A DNA stretch of 64,000 nucleotides, from NCBI GenBank assembly GCA_045587125.1, contig JAZNBN010000016.1, positions 96,728 through 160,727 of the forward strand. Reading direction: 5' to 3'. Positions 26,769 through 33,994 of the stretch are shown piece by piece (position 1 is the stretch's first letter; the number at the start of each line of letters is the position of its first letter). The notes beneath the pieces are model-generated. The model had not been told where the DNA came from. It saw only the letters and a program-made list of their open reading frames with translations, and did not search any database. The translations under genes and the position numbers were made by a program. This DNA is from Candidatus Enterousia sp. (GTDB lineage: Bacteria; Pseudomonadota; Alphaproteobacteria; Rs-D84).

Positions 26769-27004
26769 ATGGCGGAAAGGTTTTATCTTTGTATTGATTT
26801 AAAGAGTTTCTTTGCCTCGGTCGAAGCGGTTGACCGTGGGCTGGACCCATTTACAACAAACCTGGTGGTGGCAGACCCGTCACGGGGGCGGGGGTCGGTC
26901 TGTTTGGCGATAACGCCGGCGATGAAGGCGCTGGGGATTCGAACCGATGCCGGGTCTTTGAAATCCCGCGTGGGGTCGAATACATCACCGCCATGCCCCG
27001 CATG
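26769..27004 (+). pseudogene. Y-family DNA polymerase (DinB/UmuC-like) N-terminal relic, frameshifted and truncated
   Basis: YLCIDLKSFFASVEAVDRGLDPFTTNLVVADPSRGRGSVCLAITPAMKALGI. After a 1-nt frameshift near 26941 it continues RNRCRVFEIPRGVEYITAMPRM, and similarity ends at ~27004. Visibly GC-rich relative to its surroundings. Confidence 0.7.
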
Positions 27005-27050
27005 ACTTCACCACTAAACACAAAAATCAAAAGAGCAGGAATATTCAAAC

Positions 27051-27078
27051 AAAAAACGCACCGTTTGGTGCGTTTTAA
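27051..27078 (-). terminator. Terminator downstream of tRNA-Thr; right copy of the repeat shared with 16766
   Basis: Minus strand AAAACGCACC-AAAC-GGTGCGTTTTTT immediately 3' of the tRNA. Confidence 0.8.
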
Positions 27079-27081
27079 AAC

Positions 27082-27157
27082 TGGTGCCGGTTGTCGGACT
27101 TGAACCAACGACCTACTGATTACAAATCAGCCGCTCTACCAGCTGAGCTAAACCGGC
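27082..27157 (-). tRNA. tRNA-Thr (anticodon UGU)
   Basis: Manual fold: GCCGGTT acceptor, GCTC/GAGC D-stem, anticodon loop TTTGTAA, T-arm GTTGG-TTCAAGT-CCGAC, encoded CCA; 76 nt. Confidence 0.95.
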
Positions 27158-27300
27158 GTTGCCACCCAATTATACATATCTGAAAAACGAACGCAAGTAA
27201 AAAATCATAAAACAGCCAAAGAATTATCTTTTTTATTAAACACGCTTGACAAAACGTCTGTATGTACTATGATATAAAAGAAAATAAAAAAGGAGTTGAA

Positions 27301-27756
27301 ATGTTTTTAATATTTAACAAACAATTTCGTGCGGAAGACAAATTTTTTCATGAAATTGCTAAAAAAATCAAAGCAACAAAAACACTGCATAACGTAGATA
27401 TGCCTAAATGGGAATGTTATCAATTGGATTCCATTGATGTGCATTTTCAGATTGATGAACGTATATTGAGAGTTTTGGATAAAGAAGGCAATCAGATTGG
27501 AACAGACATGAATTGTGAATTTAGACAAGGTTATACAACCGCAGACGAATTGCAAAGAGTCCGTTTTAATAGATTCAGTCATTTGTTGCAATTTGTGCGT
27601 ACAGAATATGCACAAAGAAAAGAAAAAGCAGAAAAATTAGAACGTGCCACAAAACAAATACAAGAAAAGAAATCTAAATTAGATACAGAACTTGCAAAAA
27701 AGAAAGAGGCCGAAGCGGTAATTGCAAACGCCACAAAACGTTTAAGAGAATTGTAA
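27301..27756 (+). CDS. Hypothetical protein with coiled-coil C-terminus
   Basis: TTGACA-17-TATGAT promoter, RBS AAGGAG, Lys/Glu-rich helical tail. Confidence 0.55.
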   Translation: MFLIFNKQFRAEDKFFHEIAKKIKATKTLHNVDMPKWECYQLDSIDVHFQIDERILRVLDKEGNQIGTDMNCEFRQGYTTADELQRVRFNRFSHLLQFVRTEYAQRKEKAEKLERATKQIQEKKSKLDTELAKKKEAEAVIANATKRLREL

Positions 27757-27760
27757 AGAT

Positions 27761-27783
27761 ACGGGCAATACGCCCGTTTTTTT
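27761..27783 (+). terminator. Rho-independent terminator
   Basis: ACGGGC-loop-GCCCGT + T7. Confidence 0.8.
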
Positions 27784-27822
27784 GGTGTTGCAAACGTAAA
27801 AATCATTGCTAGAATAATCATC

Positions 27823-29070
27823 ATGAAAAAATTACCAGAACTTTTGGCCCCTGCGGGCACGCTGGACGCGTTCAAGACCGCCATACTTTATGGTGCTGAT
27901 GCTATTTATGCGGGGTTGCCGGGTTTTTCAATGCGTGCACGTGCAAAAATCACTGTTGACGAGGTCAAACAGGGTATAGAACTGGCACATGCCGCGGGGA
28001 AAAGGGTTTATTTGGCGTTTAACCTGTTTGCACATGATTCTGAATATGCGAATATGGACCGTGTCAGCAAGATTATAAATTATCTGTCGCCTGATGCGTT
28101 GATTGTATCTGATGCGGGTATCATGATGTATGTTCGTGAAAATCACCCAGATATTCCAATTCATATTTCAACCCAGGCGAATATTTGTTCTGCGAAAACG
28201 GTTAAGTTCTGGCAAAATGCGGGTGCAAAGTTATGCGTTTTAGCGCGTGAGGTTTCACACAACGAATTTAAAAATATCAGAAAAGAATGTCCAGACATTG
28301 GATTGGAAATTTTTGTTCATGGTGCAATGTGCATGTCTTATTCTGGACGTTGTTTATTGTCTAATTTTGTAACGGGTCGTCCGGCCAATCGTGGTGCATG
28401 TGCGCAACTGTGCCGTTGGAAATATGACGTGATTTTACGCGAACGTGAAAGTGGTCTGGAAATGCCGATTGATGAAGACGAACGTGGCGCATACATTATG
28501 AATTCGCGTGATTTGTGTTTAATGCCACGTCTGGGTGAAGTTATATCCGCAGCTCCAGACAGTCTGAAAATAGAGGGTCGCAATCGGTCTGAATATTATG
28601 TGGGTTCTGTGGTTCACGCATATCGTTGTGCGATGGACGCATACGCACGTGACCCAGAAAATTTTAACCCAGACGAATTTATGGCGGAATTAAATAGATT
28701 AGAAACACGTGGTTATACAACGGCGTTTTTTGATGGTCCTGTAAAGCCGGAAGCGCATAATTATGAAACAACACGCAGTACGTCTGATTATCATGCGGCG
28801 GGCGTAATAACGGCTGTGGATGAAAATAACATTACATTTGAATTGCGTAATGAAACACGCATTGGCGATGAAATAACATTTATTTTGCCGAACACTATGG
28901 ACACTGTTTCGGTTAAACTTGATAAATTGATAAATGCCAAAAATGGCGAAGTGGTGGAAAAAATGGCGGCCGGCATGGGTAACAGTATTTTAATCCCGCG
29001 GTCTGCATTGGGAACCACACATGCCGACAAATTCGTACCATACGTTTTGGCATATAAACATAAAAGATAA
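27823..29070 (+). CDS. U32-family peptidase-like protein (RlhA/TrhP/UbiU-type family)
   Basis: LLAPAGTLDAFKTAILYGADAIYAG...FSMRARA N-terminus and Cys-rich central region typical of peptidase U32. Confidence 0.85.
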   Translation: MKKLPELLAPAGTLDAFKTAILYGADAIYAGLPGFSMRARAKITVDEVKQGIELAHAAGKRVYLAFNLFAHDSEYANMDRVSKIINYLSPDALIVSDAGIMMYVRENHPDIPIHISTQANICSAKTVKFWQNAGAKLCVLAREVSHNEFKNIRKECPDIGLEIFVHGAMCMSYSGRCLLSNFVTGRPANRGACAQLCRWKYDVILRERESGLEMPIDEDERGAYIMNSRDLCLMPRLGEVISAAPDSLKIEGRNRSEYYVGSVVHAYRCAMDAYARDPENFNPDEFMAELNRLETRGYTTAFFDGPVKPEAHNYETTRSTSDYHAAGVITAVDENNITFELRNETRIGDEITFILPNTMDTVSVKLDKLINAKNGEVVEKMAAGMGNSILIPRSALGTTHADKFVPYVLAYKHKR

Positions 29071-29077
29071 TAAATAT

Positions 29078-29635
29078 ATGTGTATAAAAAAGAATATGCC
29101 ACAAAATCGTGGTGATGTTCGCCCACTAAGGCCGATTCTTAACAGAAAAAAGATAGAAGAATTGTTGGGTGAAAAATTTGAAAACTTTGTTATGTATTAT
29201 TTGGACACAAACAAATTGAATCGCAAGGTTTATAATACCAGTCCCGTTGTCGGTCATAAACAGATTCAAGAAACAATATCACAGATAACACAGGATTGTG
29301 CAAACAGTTCTGAATTAAGCAATCGTGAATTGTTGGCTGTATTTGCCAAGACGGTTGATTGTAATTATTCAGATTGGTTTACAGATCGTGTTTTCTTTCG
29401 TGTGCCACCATATGATACGAATGGTAAATGTATTGCGGGCAATGTGATTTTCTTTAACAATCAGACCGGCAAGTATGAAACTGTGCCACGTGGTTGGTTT
29501 TACGCAGGCGGTAAAAATTGTCGTGGTTCTGCATCCGAAGAATCTGTATTGTCGGTAATGAAAACTTTGAAAGAATATCATGCAGAGTTATTGGACAGGC
29601 AATTTGTAAAACAACGAATGATACAGGAAAAATAA
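29078..29635 (+). CDS. Hypothetical protein, tandem paralogue A (start uncertain: 29078 or 29096)
   Basis: Shares LLGEKxxN, AKTV, (A/V)(G/A)NVIF(F/Y), AxEES motifs with the next gene. Confidence 0.55.
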   Translation: MCIKKNMPQNRGDVRPLRPILNRKKIEELLGEKFENFVMYYLDTNKLNRKVYNTSPVVGHKQIQETISQITQDCANSSELSNRELLAVFAKTVDCNYSDWFTDRVFFRVPPYDTNGKCIAGNVIFFNNQTGKYETVPRGWFYAGGKNCRGSASEESVLSVMKTLKEYHAELLDRQFVKQRMIQEK

Positions 29636-29646
29636 AAGGGTAAAAA

Positions 29647-30174
29647 ATGAAATTTTTTGATTTGTTCAGAACAAATAATAAAATCGTTTTATCAAATGCC
29701 GCGGCGGACGGTTCACGTCCTGAATTGACTGTTCGTATGGCAGAAAAATTATTGGGTGAAAAAGTCCAGAATATGGCGATGTATAATTTAAAGACATTAA
29801 AGCCATTAAAAGATACATATAACGATCAAAAATTAATTTATGGCCGTCATGTCAGTCGTCATGCAAAAAATTTTATAAAGGTATGCCAGGAAAATCCAAA
29901 ATTTAAAAATAAAAAACCAATGTGGGTTGTTGCAAAAACGGTCAGTCATTGGTTTGATAAGTCTGGTGATTTGATGAAGCCTGTACCAGAATATGTTGAT
30001 TGTGGGCGTTTGGTTGTTGCGAATGTAATTTTTTATGATATGAAACAGAAAAAATATACGCCTTTGTATTCAGATGGTTCGTGGTTTCGTGTTGGTGCCA
30101 AACATTGTTATACCGTCGCCGCTGAGGAATCGATATATAATGCATTGCAAGAATTATCTTGCAGGCTAAGATAA
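29647..30174 (+). CDS. Hypothetical protein, tandem paralogue B
   Basis: RBS AAGGGT. Collinear similarity to 29078..29635. Confidence 0.6.
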   Translation: MKFFDLFRTNNKIVLSNAAADGSRPELTVRMAEKLLGEKVQNMAMYNLKTLKPLKDTYNDQKLIYGRHVSRHAKNFIKVCQENPKFKNKKPMWVVAKTVSHWFDKSGDLMKPVPEYVDCGRLVVANVIFYDMKQKKYTPLYSDGSWFRVGAKHCYTVAAEESIYNALQELSCRLR

Positions 30175-30197
30175 AAAATCCCCCTTGTGGGATTTTT
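30174..30197 (+). terminator. Rho-independent terminator
   Basis: AATCCC-loop-GGGATT + T5. Confidence 0.7.
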
Positions 30198-30266
30198 GTT
30201 TTTGTGATAAAATTCAAATAATCAGGAAAAAACGAAGGAAAAAATGATAAAATTCCGCAGAAATCT

Positions 30267-30286
30267 AGAGAGAGAGAGAGAGAGAG
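30267..30286. repeat. (AG)10 dinucleotide microsatellite
   Basis: Twenty consecutive AG-phase nucleotides. It lies inside an 18-codon micro-ORF (30244-30300). Confidence 0.95.
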
Positions 30287-30323
30287 TTAAAAACATTTAA
30301 CGCAAACGCAGTTTGCGTTTATG

Positions 30324-30370
30324 AATAATCACCTTAATGGCATGCCGTGCCATTAAGGTGATTATTTTTT
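30324..30370 (+). terminator. Strong orphan hairpin terminator (no annotated gene directly upstream)
   Basis: Perfect 18-bp stem AATAATCACCTTAATGGC/GCCATTAAGGTGATTATT, 7-nt loop, T-run. Confidence 0.65.
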
Positions 30371-30415
30371 TATAACGAAAAGGGTGGTTTATAGAAAAAA
30401 GGAAATTAAACACTC

Positions 30416-30699
30416 TTGTCACCCCTGCGAAGGCAGGGGTTGGGCCTAAGAAGTGTGAGGGAAGCGAACCAAATAGGAAAAAATTGTAAATTTTTTGTCA
30501 TTCTGGGGCTTGACCCCAGAACCTAGGTGAATGTGTAGTGCGAAGCACACAACAAGAAAAGGAAAAAAGGCACAAGAAAGAAAAAATTAAAAACATTGTC
30601 ATTGCGAGGGGTGTTAACCCCGTGGCAATCCAGTGAATCGTGCTTTGTTATACTAAGGCCAAATTAACTGGATTGCCGCGCTATCGCTCGCAATGACAA
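30416..30699. repeat. Cluster of four TTGTCAYY-headed palindromic (REP/MITE-like) units
   Basis: Units at 30416-30440, 30495-30521 and 30596-30633, plus an inverted copy at 30668-30699. Each starts TTGTCA(C/T)(C/T) and carries a GC-rich hairpin. Confidence 0.6.
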
Positions 30700-30737
30700 A
30701 GGAAGCAAACAAAAAAACAAAAACGAAAGGAAAGGAC

Positions 30738-32066
30738 ATGAAAAAATATTTTTTAACCACCGCATTAATGGGAACGTTTATTGCACCTGCATTCGGTGCC
30801 GATAAAATAATAACCAGTGCGAACACCTGTACGGTTGATGTATTGGGCGTATCGGACAATAACGCGACGGCAAATACAATTGCGACATGGGATTTGATAG
30901 ATTATACATTGGACCCGGGGGAATACCTGAACGTAACGGACACGTCGGTTACAGAAACCACATGCCCCGCGGGATCATATTGCGTTGGTGGTGGATTCAC
31001 GGTTGAAACTGCGAACAACAGTATCGCCCAATGTCCAACGGGATATCCAAATTCTGCAAACGGTGCGTCCGCCGATACCCAGTGTTATACGGCCTGTACG
31101 GTTGCAACGGCAAACATAGCACATGCAACGGCGGTATCTGGTAATGATTACTATGGCACCGGCACGGATACCTGTGGCGCAACGGCATGCGAAACGGGAT
31201 ATCACGTAGATGGTGGGGTAACAATAGTCGAACAAACACCACTAATCCCCGTAAATTACGAAACTGAGGGTAATGGTTATACTTATATTGATCAGTCTGG
31301 TATAGCGCACATCGATGCATCGGCTGCAGGTCTGACTACGAACAACACATGGGCAACAGATTTTGACTATGGCGTTGTCTATGGTCGTGCGTCATGTCAA
31401 CCAAGCACAGACCCCGCATTTGTGTATGTTATGAATAATATGGAGGCCGTTTCTAGTGGCAGTAAAACCATGGACGAACTTCGTACGGAATTAACGACAC
31501 AGTACGGTCAGACAAAGGCCAATTTACTGATGGATTATTTGGAACTAGAGATGTCAGGTGCAGAAGACGTGTATACGAATGAGGCGAATTTTGAAACATT
31601 TGCAAAATACTTTGTGACGCTAAGCGAATCGTCCGATAAAAATTATACGACGGACAGCACAGGTCAGTATTGTTATTGCCAAATGGATGGATTTAGTCCG
31701 ATTACGGAGGGTGTCCTTGGTGAAAAAACATCAGTCACGTCTGCCCCGTGGGTGTTCCTCCGCGACTTCGGATCGGCGGGCGATTGCGCGTCCTTTTGCG
31801 CGAACGACTGTGCGTACGACCTGCGGTACGTTGACGTGGACCTTCGCGCCTTCCGGGCCGTGGTATTCGGTGTGTTTGAAGCGAAAATATCTGCCACCTG
31901 CACCGCCAACACAATCAATATTGATTGGAACCCAGATAATAATGGTGCACATACAATCAATCAGTGTACGTATGATGGCAGTATTACCGTTCCATCCGAC
32001 CCAGTAAAGCCAGGATATACGTTTATGGGATGGAAACTTCTTGAAAAAAGTACCACAACCGAATAA
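30738..32066 (+). CDS. Secreted Cys-rich surface protein with C-terminal Listeria-Bacteroides-type (Flg_new) repeat
   Basis: Signal peptide MKKYFLTTALMGTFIAPAFGA, repeated CP(A/T)G..C motifs, C-terminal PVKPGYTFMGWKL. Confidence 0.65.
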   Translation: MKKYFLTTALMGTFIAPAFGADKIITSANTCTVDVLGVSDNNATANTIATWDLIDYTLDPGEYLNVTDTSVTETTCPAGSYCVGGGFTVETANNSIAQCPTGYPNSANGASADTQCYTACTVATANIAHATAVSGNDYYGTGTDTCGATACETGYHVDGGVTIVEQTPLIPVNYETEGNGYTYIDQSGIAHIDASAAGLTTNNTWATDFDYGVVYGRASCQPSTDPAFVYVMNNMEAVSSGSKTMDELRTELTTQYGQTKANLLMDYLELEMSGAEDVYTNEANFETFAKYFVTLSESSDKNYTTDSTGQYCYCQMDGFSPITEGVLGEKTSVTSAPWVFLRDFGSAGDCASFCANDCAYDLRYVDVDLRAFRAVVFGVFEAKISATCTANTINIDWNPDNNGAHTINQCTYDGSITVPSDPVKPGYTFMGWKLLEKSTTTE

Positions 32067-32090
32067 AAAACAGTTTCATCTTCCTGACTG

Positions 32091-32119
32091 AAAAAAATCC
32101 CCCATCTGGGGGATTTTTT
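32091..32119. terminator. Bidirectional terminator
   Basis: A7-TCCCCC-ATCT-GGGGGA-T6 between convergent genes. Confidence 0.8.
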
Positions 32120-32135
32120 GTGTATCGTGTTTTTT

Positions 32136-32675
32136 TTATTCTTCACGAACCCTTTCACGTTCGTGTTCCCGTTCACCAATTTGTCGGACATTGTCATGTG
32201 TAAAGACCTGTTGGGTATTTTGCACAGTATTACCCGTACGTGGCGTACCAGATTCGAATTCCATAATTTTTTTACGCAAAATTTCAATACTGTTTTGTAT
32301 CTTGGTGTTTGCATTTTGATACCATGAATTACGTTGATTCGCCGGGCATTTAATTGTTTCCTGGGCATCACGTGATGCGACAATTTGAATGTGCCATTTC
32401 TGACGATGAATAAATACCGCAGATTGTGCATATTTGGTCGCAGGATTATTATATGGAAAAGCAAAGATCACATCGCGTACTGTATCCAATGCATTTGTCC
32501 ATGCATTCCCCAGTGTCCCACCGTCCAACCAATTTTTTAACGACAACCCAGAAAACAAAGTTTCAATAGCGTTATCTATTTGTGCTTTGTCTTGTTCTGT
32601 CAGTTGACTTTGCATAAATGCATCAATTGATTGACCGCTAAGCATCGCCAGTGTTTTTTCAAAGTCCATACTCAT
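32136..32675 (-). CDS. Hypothetical protein (paralogue of the N-terminal domain of 32692..33744)
   Basis: Shared pattern LFSG(L/F)S..NW....LG..W.NAL...... with the upstream gene. Confidence 0.6.
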   Translation of the reverse strand: MSMDFEKTLAMLSGQSIDAFMQSQLTEQDKAQIDNAIETLFSGLSLKNWLDGGTLGNAWTNALDTVRDVIFAFPYNNPATKYAQSAVFIHRQKWHIQIVASRDAQETIKCPANQRNSWYQNANTKIQNSIEILRKKIMEFESGTPRTGNTVQNTQQVFTHDNVRQIGEREHERERVREE

Positions 32676-32691
32676 GTTTTTTTATCCTTGG

Positions 32692-33744
32692 TTACGCAGT
32701 TTTTTGGTTATACTTTGCAAACATGAACATTTTGATTTGTTGCTGTTTGATTTGCGTTTCCTGAACAGGTTTCAGTGATGTAATTTTTTGTTCAGGCTGT
32801 TTTACCTGTTGTGGTTTTACCTGTTCTGGAACTTTTGCAACAGGTTGCTTCGTTTGTTGCGGTTTTGCAATTGCATGTACCTGTTGTTGCAATTTTATTT
32901 GTGCGTATTGCCATTGAACAGGTTTTGGTGCATGTTGTGCTTTTGCCTGTTCCGCCACCTTGGCAACAGGTTGTGATTGAATGGCAGGTTTTACCTGTTC
33001 TTGTGCCTTTGCAGCGGCCTGTGCCTGTGGTATTTGAACGGCGGGTTGTTTTACCTGTTGCGGTTTTACCTGTTCTTGAACCTTTGCGACAGGTTGCGCC
33101 TGTTGCGCTTGAAGCTCAGGTTGTTTCACCTGTTGCGGTTTTACCTGTTCTTGTGCCTTTGCAGCGGCCTGTGCCTGTGGTATTTGAACGGCGGGTTGTT
33201 TTACCTGTTGTGGTTTTGTCTGTTCTTGTGCCTTTGCAGTGGCCTGTGCCTTTGGTGTGTTTGCCACTTCCGCAGTTTTAACGGCATTTTTATCAACAGA
33301 AAATTCAATCTGATACTGTTTAAACTGTTCATATATCAGATTTATAATGCCCATTGCCTCGCGAATCAGTTTTATGCCATATGCACGCATCTGTTTTGCC
33401 TCGATTTCAGGTTTGTTCAGCGTGTTTTGACTGTTCTGATTCGTCATGATGACCTTTGACCAGTACTTTTTATGCGCATCATACGTACGTTTCAAGTATT
33501 TTGTAACTGGGTTTTCGGGATTTTTAGATTTAATAAACCCGTCGCATTGACCCAATGCATTATGCCATGATTGCCCCAATGATTTTTTATTGGTCCAATT
33601 TATCCATGAAAAACCAGAAAATAATTTAAGGTACGCATCAGTTAATTTTTTTCGCGTATCAGAATCGATAATTTTTGCCAAATTTTTATCAATTTTGATA
33701 ACGAATTTTTCCTGCGATTGTGCGGTTTGTACTTGTGTTTTCAT
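32692..33744 (-). CDS. Hypothetical protein with Gln/Pro/Lys/Ala-rich 24-aa tandem repeats
   Basis: N-terminal domain paralogous to 32136..32675. C-terminal repeats AKAQEQVKPQQVKQPAVQIPQAQA. Confidence 0.6.
   Translation of the reverse strand: MKTQVQTAQSQEKFVIKIDKNLAKIIDSDTRKKLTDAYLKLFSGFSWINWTNKKSLGQSWHNALGQCDGFIKSKNPENPVTKYLKRTYDAHKKYWSKVIMTNQNSQNTLNKPEIEAKQMRAYGIKLIREAMGIINLIYEQFKQYQIEFSVDKNAVKTAEVANTPKAQATAKAQEQTKPQQVKQPAVQIPQAQAAAKAQEQVKPQQVKQPELQAQQAQPVAKVQEQVKPQQVKQPAVQIPQAQAAAKAQEQVKPAIQSQPVAKVAEQAKAQHAPKPVQWQYAQIKLQQQVHAIAKPQQTKQPVAKVPEQVKPQQVKQPEQKITSLKPVQETQIKQQQIKMFMFAKYNQKTA
32800..33260. repeat. Coding tandem repeat, ~72-nt unit (144-nt super-unit)
   Basis: 70 nt at 32991-33060 recur identically at 33135-33204. 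Diverged 72-nt copies lie on both sides. Confidence 0.85.
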
Positions 33745-33994
33745 ATCGAACTCCTTTGGTTAAAATCGAAGTTCTGTGGCATCCCCCACAGCAAATATAT
33801 ATAGTGTGATTTTTTAACATGTCAACCCCTGTCAAGTAAAAAGATTTTTTGACAAGACGTATTTGTTTATGTAAATATGATATTGTTCTTATCAGAGCAA
33901 CATACTGTTGCCAATAATGGGCGGTATGGATATGAACCATAATCTTGCCAATAATGGGGGTTATGCTAATTCATCGAAACCAAGGAGTTAAAAG

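Larger units (their letters stand above)
16766..27097. mobile_element. Candidate decayed genomic island at the tRNA-Thr 3' end (no integrase seen)
   Basis: Imperfect ~47-nt direct repeat (16766-16812 vs 27051-27097) that includes the 3'-terminal 16 nt of tRNA-Thr. A GC-rich Y-family polymerase relic sits at the tRNA-proximal end. Confidence 0.3.

Noticed and set aside
26851-27108. Track ORF 26851..27108 (-)
   Set aside because: It overlaps the GC-rich polymerase relic on the opposite strand and runs into tRNA-Thr. It is a product of local GC richness.
30416-30699. CRISPR array
   Set aside because: The units differ in sequence and length, their spacing is irregular, one unit is inverted, and there are no cas genes nearby.
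31730-31870. Diversity-generating retroelement variable region in the surface protein gene
   Set aside because: There is no reverse transcriptase, no template-repeat copy and no accessory gene in the window. The patch is also not at the extreme C-terminus. It is kept only as a compositional anomaly.
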